Shown here one piece after another: positions 41,189-50,259 of a stretch of DNA of 56,438 nt (position 1 is its first letter; every line of letters begins with the position of its first letter). Both the position numbers and the translations under genes were made by a program. The notes below the pieces were generated by a model. The model was not told where the DNA came from, did no database searches, and saw nothing but the letters and a program-made list of their open reading frames with translations. This DNA is from a virus (Duplodnaviria; Caudoviricetes): positions 1 to 56,438 of the IMG/VR virus record IMGVR_UViG_3300042197_000988; one strand, 5' to 3'.

Positions 41189-41977
41189 CTACTCAGCGTC
41201 CTGCTGAACGTCGAACTGCTGGGCAATCCGCGAGAGCGGCTCGGTGTAGAGCCGGCGGATCAACTCGCCCTCTTCCTTGGACAGCTCGCGAACGTACTTC
41301 GGCACGATCTGCGAGTATGGCTTCCCGTCCGCGTTCTCGACCTTGTTCAAGGTCAGGGACACGACCGCACGGAAGTGCGGAACGGGGAGCCGCTTGACGA
41401 ACGGCACGATCGTCTTCAGTGACCCGACAGGAGCCGTGACCAGCAGCGGCCACGCCTCGTCCTCGCGCAAGATCGCGAGCACGCGGCTTTCCTTGCACCG
41501 CTTGCCCCGGCCATCCGTGCCGATGCCGCCCTCGTTGGCGAACTTGTTGTAGGGCAGCCGCCGCCAATCATAGAGCCGGTCGCCGATGCGGCACGACTCC
41601 AAGATGTCGGCGTCCAGGTCCCCGAGGTCATCGCTCACTCGAACCGCCGTCTGCAGATCGTAGGACACGAGCACCGGCTGGCGGCCAGTAGTCGCCTCCT
41701 GCGTCGGCCACAGCGTCCCTCGAACACCGTAGTAGACCAGCGCACCGTCGATCGACGGAGCACTCTGGTCGTTGTTCCCGGCGTCGAGCCACTGCCACAC
41801 CTTGCCGCCGCCCGCAGGCATCGGCACTCGTGGCAGGTCAGACGCCTGAATCGTCTCACCCGCCCCGAGGTTCGCCATGAGAGCCTCGCGGACATCGCTA
41901 TCCGGCCGGAGGGCGAGGAACGTGCTGCCTTCCGTGCCAACCATCAACTCACCTGTCGGTGCCATAAGAATCACCAT
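41189..41977 (-). CDS. Putative ssDNA-binding/annealing protein
   Basis: Replication-module position; LPRVPMPAGGG, CKE.R.L, APVGSLK, acidic tail. Confidence 0.45.
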   Translation of the reverse strand: MVILMAPTGELMVGTEGSTFLALRPDSDVREALMANLGAGETIQASDLPRVPMPAGGGKVWQWLDAGNNDQSAPSIDGALVYYGVRGTLWPTQEATTGRQPVLVSYDLQTAVRVSDDLGDLDADILESCRIGDRLYDWRRLPYNKFANEGGIGTDGRGKRCKESRVLAILREDEAWPLLVTAPVGSLKTIVPFVKRLPVPHFRAVVSLTLNKVENADGKPYSQIVPKYVRELSKEEGELIRRLYTEPLSRIAQQFDVQQDAE

Positions 41978-42033
41978 CGTCCTTTCTTTGAGTAACAAAA
42001 CAATCGAAACGAAACACTACGCTACGAATCAAC

Positions 42034-42507
42034 TCAACTGACCTTCCGGCTGGCGAGCCGGATTTCGATGTATTCGGAAAGCAGACCCTCAAAGGCCGTT
42101 CCTTCCGATGGCTTCTCCAAGAACTTCCCGTCGGCCTTCGCTCGTTCGAGTCGCTCGTTCAGCCACGACTTGAGCGTCGCGGTCTGGACAGTCACGACCT
42201 CGTCTCCGAGCCCCTCCTGTGCCGCCGCCCGAATCACCGCATCGCGGTTGTCCTTCGGCACGTGGAGCCGCAGGGTCTCCGATATTGACCACGAGAACCC
42301 GGCCGCCCGGCACCCATCGAGCCCGCTGGCCTTGATCTGCTCTGCGGCCATCGACTCTAGGGCATCGAGTTCTTCGTTCACGGTTTTCAGTTCAGCCGCG
42401 AGGGCTTCCTTTCGCCGCTTCGCTTCGGCCACCTGCCCGAGCAGCGTCGAGAGCTGATCTGGCGGCGGGGAATCCATCCATGTTCCGTACGGTTCATCTT
42501 GACTCAT
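42034..42507 (-). CDS. Coiled-coil replication-module protein
   Basis: N-terminal coiled coil; VTVQTATLKSWL. Confidence 0.55.
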   Translation of the reverse strand: MSQDEPYGTWMDSPPPDQLSTLLGQVAEAKRRKEALAAELKTVNEELDALESMAAEQIKASGLDGCRAAGFSWSISETLRLHVPKDNRDAVIRAAAQEGLGDEVVTVQTATLKSWLNERLERAKADGKFLEKPSEGTAFEGLLSEYIEIRLASRKVS

Positions 42508-43931
42508 GCTGCGTTCTCCTTCTCTCTCCGTGGTGTCAGGCCTTGCAGCACGGACTCAACAACGTCCCGTCGAGCCTGCAATGCCTGATAGACTTCTTCA
42601 TCAACCGTGCCCGACGCGACCAAGTGGTAGTACCGGACGCATCGCTGCTGCCCGGGACGCCGTAGTCGCGCCAGACTTTGCTCGTAGTCACCGAGGCTGA
42701 AGCCAAGGCTGTAGTAGACGCAGTAGCAGGATCGCGTCAGGTCGATACCGACCCCCCCGGACTGCATCTGCACGCCGAGGATCGTGGTGTCACCGGCCTG
42801 CCACTGGTCAAGCGTCTTCTTCGCGCCGCTCACTTCGCTGTACGGCCTGCCGAGTTTTCTGGCGACTGCCTCAACATCCTCGAGATCGCTGCGAAACCGG
42901 CAGAACACGACTACGGGCTCGGTGCCCGGAAGATCTTCGAGCCAATCCTCCAGGGCCGCACGCTTGGCCGGGGTGCCGTCAATCGGCACGATGCCCATCG
43001 CGTCGTCCATCACCGCGTACCCGCTGGTGGCCTGTTGGAGTCGCAAGAGCCTCGTCAGTGCGTTCGCGGCGGTCACGGTGCCTGACTCCAGTTCCGCCAC
43101 CATGTCCCGTTCCAGAGTGCGGTAGAACTTCTTGGTTGCCGGAGACAGCATCACTGGGATGGTCTCGTGGATCGCCTCGGGGAGATCGAGGACGTCGTCC
43201 GCCGAGACACGCCATGTGTGCTCGTCGAGTTTCTCGCGAAGCTCATCCTGACGAACCCACTTCTTGACCTTGCTCGGGAACATGCGGTCGCACTCCGCGT
43301 AGCGTGCTCGAAAGCGAGTGAACGACCCGCCGAAGACCTCTGGGTTCATGAACCGAAACTGCCCGAACAGATCAAGTGGCGAGTGCGGCATCGGCGTCCC
43401 GGTGAGGCACAGCCGCCTCGCGGTAGGGTGCTTGCGGGCCAGCCCCGCGAGCCACTTGGATGCCCTGCCTGTCGGCGACTTGATGCGGTGTGACTCGTCG
43501 AGCACGATCGCCGACCAGCCGACCTTCTCGATCACCGCCGCCAGTTCGCTCCGCCACACTGAGTCGTAGTTGACAATGACCACGAGCGGCGCGCTGCCTG
43601 CGAACTTGAGTTCATGCTCCAGCGTTGCTGCCCGCTTCTTTGTCGCCCCAAGCGTGAGCAGCACCGGCTTTATGGCTTTCTTGCCGAACAGCCCCAAGGC
43701 AAGCAACGCCGTGAGCGTCTTGCCGGTTCCCATGTCCATGCCCAGCAGCGAGGCAGGGCGGGGGCCAGCCCACGCCGCTGCCTTCTGTTGGTGCGTCCAC
43801 GGCGAGATGCCTCCGGCGGTCATCGCAGCGATAGACTTGACCCACGCGGGGCCGACTGCCTGCGGCACGACCACGAGGACATGCGGCTTCGTCTTCATCT
43901 GCTGCCAAGTGTCGTGCCACGCCATGATCAT
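42504..43931 (-). CDS. SNF2-like SF2 helicase
   Basis: MGTGKT, VLDESH, LTGTP, SGGVGIDL, QSLARLRRPGQ. Confidence 0.9.
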   Translation of the reverse strand: MIMAWHDTWQQMKTKPHVLVVVPQAVGPAWVKSIAAMTAGGISPWTHQQKAAAWAGPRPASLLGMDMGTGKTLTALLALGLFGKKAIKPVLLTLGATKKRAATLEHELKFAGSAPLVVIVNYDSVWRSELAAVIEKVGWSAIVLDESHRIKSPTGRASKWLAGLARKHPTARRLCLTGTPMPHSPLDLFGQFRFMNPEVFGGSFTRFRARYAECDRMFPSKVKKWVRQDELREKLDEHTWRVSADDVLDLPEAIHETIPVMLSPATKKFYRTLERDMVAELESGTVTAANALTRLLRLQQATSGYAVMDDAMGIVPIDGTPAKRAALEDWLEDLPGTEPVVVFCRFRSDLEDVEAVARKLGRPYSEVSGAKKTLDQWQAGDTTILGVQMQSGGVGIDLTRSCYCVYYSLGFSLGDYEQSLARLRRPGQQRCVRYYHLVASGTVDEEVYQALQARRDVVESVLQGLTPRREKENAA

Positions 43932-44257
43932 GCCGCTCCTTTCTGTTCGACCGTCGCGGCCGTTTCGGCCTCGTGGACTTCCGCGAGGATCTCGTCCACC
44001 TGCTCGCGGATACCGTCGATGTAGGCACAGAGCATCAGGCCCATCTTCCGCTTGGCCTCAATCGGGCAGTCCAGCCAATCACCCTTGTCAACGGCGAGGC
44101 TTCCTCCCGTGCGTATCACGCGATGATCGCCGTCGCGGATGCCCGTGACCGCCCCCTCCTGCATCCAAGTGGTCACACGAAACGGCTCGCTGTAGGTCAG
44201 GCTGCTGCCCACATAGGGGCGGTACACGCGCCGCGGAATCTCTGGTTCGTCAATCAT
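43928..44257 (-). CDS. Hypothetical protein
   Basis: GGAGG RBS; coupled to the helicase gene. Confidence 0.6.
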   Translation of the reverse strand: MIDEPEIPRRVYRPYVGSSLTYSEPFRVTTWMQEGAVTGIRDGDHRVIRTGGSLAVDKGDWLDCPIEAKRKMGLMLCAYIDGIREQVDEILAEVHEAETAATVEQKGAA

Positions 44258-44295
44258 CGAATCATCCTCCTTCGTTAGTTAGGGAATCCAAACAA

Positions 44296-44604
44296 TCAAC
44301 CCTGCCGAGAATCTTTTTCTGCTCGCGCGGCTTCTTTCATGGCCCGCCGGGCATCGGCCCTTGCCTTCTTGGCAAGCAGATGCTCAGCCTGCTCACACAG
44401 CCACGACGCGAACGCTTGGGTTTCGTGAGGCGTCAGGTAGATGTGGGCCGACTGGCCGGTTCGGCTTGGTGGGCGACTACTGAAGACCTGGACGCAGACC
44501 GTTTCTTCGTGCCGCGTGGCGTCGATCATCGCCGGCATCTGCACCCACTTGGTCTGCATCTTCAAGAACTGACTCTTCGGGGGCTTGCGTTTTGGCGTGC
44601 TCAT
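44296..44604 (-). CDS. Hypothetical protein
   Basis: Coupled ORF with GGAGG RBS. Confidence 0.55.
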   Translation of the reverse strand: MSTPKRKPPKSQFLKMQTKWVQMPAMIDATRHEETVCVQVFSSRPPSRTGQSAHIYLTPHETQAFASWLCEQAEHLLAKKARADARRAMKEAARAEKDSRQG

Positions 44605-45080
44605 ACAGCCACCTCCTCCTCCGCCTCGACGGTCGGCCAGACATAAGGCAGGTCATCGGGCTCGTCCCAGTTGAACTGCGAATACCACGCTGGGTCTTTG
44701 CGAAGCAGGTTGCTGCGGTGCGAAGCGTGGAAGTTTTGGTTGCCGAGCCACCACGGTGCCGTGAACGTATCTGAGTACTCGCGTTTGAACCGCCGGATCG
44801 CATCGGAGAACTGGTCGAGCAGCGTGTCGCGGAAGCCGCGTCGCCGCCACTCGTGGCACACCATCAAGCCGTAGTGCGCCAGCAATGCCTCGTGGCCACG
44901 CCACATGCACACGGCCGGATGATTCCGCCACCGGCTTGCGGCGTTTCCGGCGTGCTCGCCAACGTCAACGCCGAGGGCGATCAAGATTTGCTTCGTCTCG
45001 ACCCGCTGCTTGCCGAGTCGCTTGTTGTCAAGGCACTCGGCCGCAAGGCTGAAGCACACGCGAGGTAAAAAAGTCTGCAT
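44601..45080 (-). CDS. Pyrimidine dimer DNA glycosylase/endonuclease V-like (MSMEG_6728 family)
   Basis: MQTFLP, LDNKRLGKQRVE, NHPAVCMWRG, SHRSNLLRKDP. Confidence 0.85.
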   Translation of the reverse strand: MQTFLPRVCFSLAAECLDNKRLGKQRVETKQILIALGVDVGEHAGNAASRWRNHPAVCMWRGHEALLAHYGLMVCHEWRRRGFRDTLLDQFSDAIRRFKREYSDTFTAPWWLGNQNFHASHRSNLLRKDPAWYSQFNWDEPDDLPYVWPTVEAEEEVAV

Positions 45081-45147
45081 CGTTCGTCCTCCGAAATGGT
45101 AAAGGGAATGGAAAAGAAAACGCCGCACGTTCACGCGGCCCCGGCTC

Positions 45148-45176
45148 ATTCTACTCTATCGACGCAAAGGCGACAA
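45148..45176 (-). promoter_or_regulatory. Sigma70-like early promoter
   Basis: TTGTCG-N17-TAGAAT; spacer shares CGTCGATAGAG with two other promoters. Confidence 0.6.
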
Positions 45177-45315
45177 TAGAGGGGGGTGCGGCCGGTGAAC
45201 GACTCCGACCGCACCACCCCTCATCGCCACAGGCGACTCACGCACGGAGGAACGCGTGAGGGCGTCTCGCCTGTTTCGTGGAGCATCCATGCCAGCATCC
45301 TCCGTGACGCAACTC

Positions 45316-45729
45316 CTAGCCCTGCTGCTCACCGTAGATCTTGGCGACCTCGATCAGCAGAGCCTCAGCGTCCTTGTTGAACGCACCGACGTTCTTGTGT
45401 GCCTTGAGCACTTCGACCATCGTTGGAACGAGGTCTTCGGGATCGACCTCGGCGTTGAGCAACTTGGCGAGAGCCGCATTGATCTCCACGACTGCCTTCC
45501 GGCGGGCTAGTTTCGCCTCCTTGGTGTTGGCCTCCGACAGCAGATGCCACTGCGAAGCGGTGAACTTGACCCGATACCGGCGAGTGACCTTGAGCCCCTT
45601 CATCTTTTCCTCCGCGTTGAGTTTCTTGATCTCCTTCAACACCTGAGTCGCTCGCTCGTCACCCTTGAGCGTGCCGAGCAAGCCCTGAACGTCAGCCAGC
45701 AACTTCGCCATCTTTTCTTCGTTCGTCAT
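45316..45729 (-). CDS. Hypothetical early protein
   Basis: ACGGAGG RBS; helical Lys/Glu-rich ORF. Confidence 0.6.
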   Translation of the reverse strand: MTNEEKMAKLLADVQGLLGTLKGDERATQVLKEIKKLNAEEKMKGLKVTRRYRVKFTASQWHLLSEANTKEAKLARRKAVVEINAALAKLLNAEVDPEDLVPTMVEVLKAHKNVGAFNKDAEALLIEVAKIYGEQQG

Positions 45730-45879
45730 CGCAAAATCCTCCGTAGTGAAATCAAACTCTCAGGAACCAAACTGCCCAGCGGCAACGAGCCGAAGGACAA
45801 CAATCAACAGATCAATCCAAATCTCCCAGTTCATGATTCGCCTCCCTGCGATTCGGGTATCCAAACAATCATCCGCCAA

Positions 45880-46122
45880 TCAGCACTCGACGCAGGTCAC
45901 ACGAATGACCTCGCCGGTAAAGATGTCGATCGCCTCTTCACGCGGCAGTCCTTCCTGCTCACGGATCACTTTGCACAAGTCCTCGATCAGCGTCAGGGCC
46001 GCATCCAGACAGCGTGAGTTCTCGCCCACCTTCGTCGTGAGTTGCGTCTTGCGGTCTGGGCGACCGAGCATGCGGATCGCGTCCTGAATCTTTTTGAGGT
46101 CCATCTTGGTCTGGCTCGTCAT
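45880..46122 (-). CDS. Hypothetical early protein
   Basis: Start follows the conserved leader ACGGAGAACAGAACGATG. Confidence 0.6.
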   Translation of the reverse strand: MTSQTKMDLKKIQDAIRMLGRPDRKTQLTTKVGENSRCLDAALTLIEDLCKVIREQEGLPREEAIDIFTGEVIRVTCVEC

Positions 46123-46182
46123 CGTTCTGTTCTCCGTTGAAAGTGAAATGGTTGTGGTATCCAAACAATCGAACGCCGTTGA

Positions 46183-46614
46183 TCAGCCGACCAGCGACTT
46201 GAGCGTCTTCAGCGAGTTCTTCATCGCGTTGAGCCGCTCGCTGATTCGACTGACTTCGGCGGCTGCGTTCGCGAGGTTGTTCGCCGGGCAGACCAAGTCC
46301 CATCCGTGCTCAACGGCCTGAGTCAGGTCGGCGGACATGCGGCCGGCGAACGCGATCGCGTCGTCCAGTTGCTTCTGCGTCATCTGGACTTCGCCTTCAG
46401 CCCGCATGACCTCGAACTCAATCTGCGTCATTGACCGGCTCGCGGGCTTCTTCGCCTGACTGCCCCTCCGCTTCTCAAGAAGCTGTGCGATCTCGTCAAG
46501 CGTCCAGAGATCGTTGAACTCTGTGCCGCCGCCACCGGCGAGCAGATCCTCCAGTTCGTAGGTCGCCATCTTGGCCAGCGTGCTTCGGATCATTTCTTTC
46601 TTCATCGCGTTCAT
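46183..46614 (-). CDS. Hypothetical early protein
   Basis: Start follows the conserved leader ACGGAGAACAGAACGATG. Confidence 0.65.
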   Translation of the reverse strand: MNAMKKEMIRSTLAKMATYELEDLLAGGGGTEFNDLWTLDEIAQLLEKRRGSQAKKPASRSMTQIEFEVMRAEGEVQMTQKQLDDAIAFAGRMSADLTQAVEHGWDLVCPANNLANAAAEVSRISERLNAMKNSLKTLKSLVG

Positions 46615-46676
46615 CGTTCTGTTCTCCGTTTCAAACCAAACCGTTCTGCCGCCGGACGCCCCGGCTGGCCGCCCCC

Positions 46677-46706
46677 ATTATAGACTCTATCGACGTTCGG
46701 CGGCAA
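46677..46706 (-). promoter_or_regulatory. Sigma70-like early promoter
   Basis: TTGCCG-N18-TATAAT. Confidence 0.7.
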
Positions 46707-47286
46707 TAGGCTTTAGGGCGGCCAAAACGGCCTCCACGGCCCGACGCCCCCGGCCCCCGGCCCCGGCCCCCATGCGGCCCCCTGCGGCCTCGGGCGGGGC
46801 CGTCTGGGCCACCGCCCCCCGGCCCCGGCCCCGGCCCCCAGCGAGGCTGCTGGAGGCCTCATCGGGGGCAGGGGCGACCGCCCCCCCCGCGTTGCCGCGT
46901 TCGGCCTTGGGGGCTCCACGCCCCCCCCGGCCCCGGCGTTCCCGTCTGGCCTCCAGCCTCGCGGCTCGCTTGCCGCTGACCTTGCCCAGCACTTCGTACG
47001 GCCTCGGGATCAACGCCCCCGGCAGCACGCTGCGGCGTTTCGTCAGCGAAAGCACCGCTGCGGTGCCGTCCCTCATGCTCACGGCCTCGATCCACCGCCT
47101 GTCTCCCTGCTCACAGAGCCGCATGAACCGGAACGGCCCTCGAGCCGCCATCGACATGCGAACTTTGTTGCCCTTGGCGTCCCGCTTGACGTAGTAGGGA
47201 CCACCCTTAGCGCGAAAGATATCGCCAGCCCGCAGCGTCACCCGTTCGCTCACGACGTATTCCTCGTACGCCTGGGTTCTGTTCAT
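46687..47286 (-). CDS. Hypothetical protein with low-complexity Gly/Arg-rich tail
   Basis: Plausible N-terminal ~115 aa; the tail runs through GC repeats into a promoter. Confidence 0.5.
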   Translation of the reverse strand: MNRTQAYEEYVVSERVTLRAGDIFRAKGGPYYVKRDAKGNKVRMSMAARGPFRFMRLCEQGDRRWIEAVSMRDGTAAVLSLTKRRSVLPGALIPRPYEVLGKVSGKRAARLEARRERRGRGGRGAPKAERGNAGGAVAPAPDEASSSLAGGRGRGRGAVAQTAPPEAAGGRMGAGAGGRGRRAVEAVLAALKPIAAERR

Positions 47287-47507
47287 TGTTGTATCTCCTT
47301 CAGGTACGAGCCCAGTTCGCGAATCAGTTCAACCGCCATTTCCAGGTCTCTCGTTTCTTTGCGGCCTGCGGCGTCAGCGTTCGTGTGCCGCAGCAGCTCA
47401 AGAGCCCTCACGAGAATTCTGAGTTCAGAGAGGCTGCACTCGATAGTCGGCCTCTTCGGATTCGTCGTGAAGTAGCAACTTGCCCATCGCTTCTTTGCTT
47501 TTGCCAT
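47283..47507 (-). CDS. Hypothetical protein
   Basis: Coupled ORF. Confidence 0.5.
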   Translation of the reverse strand: MAKAKKRWASCYFTTNPKRPTIECSLSELRILVRALELLRHTNADAAGRKETRDLEMAVELIRELGSYLKEIQQ

Positions 47508-47722
47508 CACCGCCCCTCCCTGACATAAAGCGTCTCGTCCTCGATCATCTGCGCCAGCGACTCGATCTTGCCAGCCCACACTTCCATGCGGCCGACGTCA
47601 GAGGCATATGCCTCGCTCGGCGGAACTCGCAGCCCATGTGCCGCAAGAACCAGCGAGTTCAGTGCGGCAGTGAGCCGCTCGCTGGCTTCTGCCGCAGCGT
47701 CGTTCATCAGTGTCGTTCTCAT
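47507..47722 (-). CDS. Hypothetical protein
   Basis: GGAGG RBS; coupled ORF. Confidence 0.5.
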   Translation of the reverse strand: MRTTLMNDAAAEASERLTAALNSLVLAAHGLRVPPSEAYASDVGRMEVWAGKIESLAQMIEDETLYVREGR

Positions 47723-47802
47723 CGTTATCGCCCTCCATTTGGGCCTCGCGGCGGCAGGCAACACACCTGACCGCCGCGAGGCGAGTTAGGAAACCAGAAC
47801 AA

Positions 47803-48195
47803 TCACAACCCAGTGCTCGTCACCAAATCCCATGGGCCGTAGTGCCCTTCGTCGAACGCCCGCTCAACGGCCTCGTCCCATGTGTAGACATGAACGTTGC
47901 CGTTGATCCTGGCGAGTGCCTCGTACACGCCAGAGTCCATTCGGAGATGCCGCCCGTTCGACTCGTCGAAGACAACGTCGTTGACGATGTCGACCACGAA
48001 CGCATGGCCGTGGGCCACGCCTTCGATCGGCCCCTGCCCAAGAATCTCCGCATGCACGAGCCGGTACTGCTCCGGGCATCCGTCGGTGCAGAGCCGGTAC
48101 ATCACGCTCAGTGCCGACTCGTAGCAGTTTCCCTCTGCGGTGTCCCGCAGTTCGGCGATCCGGTTCTTGCTGATCTTCTTCGTTTTCGTAGCCAT
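47803..48195 (-). CDS. Small protein with possible Cys-His catalytic (papain/transglutaminase-like) motif
   Basis: GNCYE...LVH...GHAFV..D. Confidence 0.5.
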   Translation of the reverse strand: MATKTKKISKNRIAELRDTAEGNCYESALSVMYRLCTDGCPEQYRLVHAEILGQGPIEGVAHGHAFVVDIVNDVVFDESNGRHLRMDSGVYEALARINGNVHVYTWDEAVERAFDEGHYGPWDLVTSTGL

Positions 48196-48198
48196 CGC

Positions 48199-48615
48199 TC
48201 AGTCCTCCTGCTTCTGGGGGTTGGGAACGTCCATCGCAAACACGCGCAGGCTGGGCCATCCGGTCGGCTCCAACTGCTCCTTGAGCCACACGGCTCGCTG
48301 CCCGCTGAACTTCACATGCCGCCGATAGAACTCGGCGTCATGCTTGGCGTCAGTCGTTTCGCCCTCTCTTCCGGCCGACACGATCAGCCCGCTCCCTGCC
48401 AACGGGCTCGGATACCACGGGATAGTGAAGAACGGCGAGTCGCCGGTCAGTTTCAGCAGCCCCTCGTCATCGACGAACACTTCGTCGCCGTCCGGGAGGT
48501 TGCGAACCAGCGTGAACAGTTCGCAGCCGATCAACTTGTAGATCTCCTTGTAGTCACCGCTGTAGTCAACGTCCGTGACCGTGCGGTTCTTAGCGTCAAT
48601 GAGCACGGCCTTCAT
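48199..48615 (-). CDS. DUF3846-like protein
   Basis: IYKLIGC, FVDDEGLLK, LAGSGLIV. Confidence 0.7.
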   Translation of the reverse strand: MKAVLIDAKNRTVTDVDYSGDYKEIYKLIGCELFTLVRNLPDGDEVFVDDEGLLKLTGDSPFFTIPWYPSPLAGSGLIVSAGREGETTDAKHDAEFYRRHVKFSGQRAVWLKEQLEPTGWPSLRVFAMDVPNPQKQED

Positions 48616-48971
48616 GCGGCACCGCCTTTCGCCGCCTTGCGGCTCATTAGTGCGTTGGCAGTCGAGTAGCCCAGCCTCGCGTAGACGGCATACGCCGTGC
48701 TCGCCATCGCCTTCGAGGCATCCTCGGATCGCATCGAGCCTTCACTCTCGTTCTGCGTTACCGCAATCCGCATGCACTGCTCACTGATCTCGCCGATCGC
48801 CCCCGGCATCCCGTAGGAGATCATGCGAAGCATCTCATCCATCTCGGCCTCGGCCTGCTCCCGCGTGTAGCCGGAGTCCCGTAGGTGCATGAGCCCCGCC
48901 ACCGCCGCCACATCAACCGCGATCTGTGAGGCTTCGCGGATCGCCGCGAATGCTTCTTGTGGAGTCATCAT
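48612..48971 (-). CDS. Hypothetical protein
   Basis: Leader ACGAGGACAGAACGATG. Confidence 0.55.
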   Translation of the reverse strand: MMTPQEAFAAIREASQIAVDVAAVAGLMHLRDSGYTREQAEAEMDEMLRMISYGMPGAIGEISEQCMRIAVTQNESEGSMRSEDASKAMASTAYAVYARLGYSTANALMSRKAAKGGAA

Positions 48972-49010
48972 CGTTCTGTCCTCGTTTCTATTGCTATGGT
49001 TCAGTTCCGT

Positions 49011-49310
49011 TCAGTTCCGTTCGGCGATCGACGTGCGCGTCAGATCGTCTGCCACATCAACACCGGCCACCGCATACGCAGCGGTGACCAGCAGGCGAAG
49101 CGTCATCTCACTGGCCCCTGCCGCGTAGGCCGCACTGAGTTCCTCACTGAGTGCGGCCATCATCGGGGTCGCCCGCTTCGTCGCCTTCTCGATCGCCTTG
49201 TTGGCGATTCGCTCGGCGTTCTCCTTAGACCAGCCCCGGTCTTTGAGACGGCGGACGAGGGCCGCCATCATCACGCCGCGCATCTGGTTTTCGTCGATCT
49301 CAAGAATCAT
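49011..49310 (-). CDS. Hypothetical protein
   Basis: Leader ACGGAGG...AACGATG. Confidence 0.55.
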   Translation of the reverse strand: MILEIDENQMRGVMMAALVRRLKDRGWSKENAERIANKAIEKATKRATPMMAALSEELSAAYAAGASEMTLRLLVTAAYAVAGVDVADDLTRTSIAERN

Positions 49311-49372
49311 CGTTCAAGCCTCCGTGGAAATGGTTAGGGAATCCAAACAATCAACCAACGACCAACTATCAA

Positions 49373-50200
49373 CTAAGCGTTCACTGCCGCCATGACTTCC
49401 TTCGGGTCGAACGTCACGCCCGCGAGATCGCAGATCTTCGTGACCTGAGCGATGATCTCGCGTGTCGAGAAGTCGCTGCCGCGACAAGCCTCCGGTAGCA
49501 CGATGGCATCTTTCGCCGACACGCCGCACGGGATGCAGCGGCAGGGGTCCATGCGGTGGAGTTCCATGTGGGCGAAGTAGACGCGACGGAAGAACGACGG
49601 GTGACACAGGACGTACGCGAGCCGGTCGGTGTCAACGGGCTGGCCAGACGCCTTGATCAAGACCTGCGAGTCGAGTCGCTCGCCGCCGCGATCGCACCCG
49701 ATACCGGCCCACAGTTCGACGCGATACCCGAGCGACTCCAGCAGATCGACGGCCGCGATGCAGGCAGCACCGCGAGCGTACATAGCCTGAGTCGATACAG
49801 CAGCCGAGACGCAGATGTTCGCCACGATCCGAATGATCTTGGTCTTCTCGGATTCGCCGTCTTCGTCCCAGTACCCGCAGCATTCCGGGTCGCCTTCGGC
49901 CATGCGGCCTACGTCGAACCAATCGCCCTCGACGCCGTACATGCAGTCCTGCGTCTTCGCCGCGATCAGCGTCTCGACGGCACGGTTCAGCGACCCGCGA
50001 ACCTTCGAGACTTTCGCGGCCCCCTCCGGCCAGCCGCGTTGCATGTACCCGACCGCCTCTTCATAGGTCTTGCTTCCGGCCCACGCATCGACGCCGGTTT
50101 GCCGCGACGCGTTGCCGTCGGTCGCGTCTTTGCCCCAACGCTCGTTGTCGCGGACGAGGGCCTCAATCGAATCGAACCTGACTTCATTGATCTTGGTCAT
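49373..50200 (-). CDS. Degenerate VWA-like partner of the MoxR ATPase (CobT-like position)
   Basis: DVGRMAEGDPEC, DLLESLGYRVELW, HPSFFRR; directly after the AAA gene. Confidence 0.6.
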   Translation of the reverse strand: MTKINEVRFDSIEALVRDNERWGKDATDGNASRQTGVDAWAGSKTYEEAVGYMQRGWPEGAAKVSKVRGSLNRAVETLIAAKTQDCMYGVEGDWFDVGRMAEGDPECCGYWDEDGESEKTKIIRIVANICVSAAVSTQAMYARGAACIAAVDLLESLGYRVELWAGIGCDRGGERLDSQVLIKASGQPVDTDRLAYVLCHPSFFRRVYFAHMELHRMDPCRCIPCGVSAKDAIVLPEACRGSDFSTREIIAQVTKICDLAGVTFDPKEVMAAVNA

Positions 50201-50259
50201 CGTTCTGTTCTCCGTACTTCTGTGGTTGGTGGTGTAGTTCGTGAACCCAAACAATCGAA

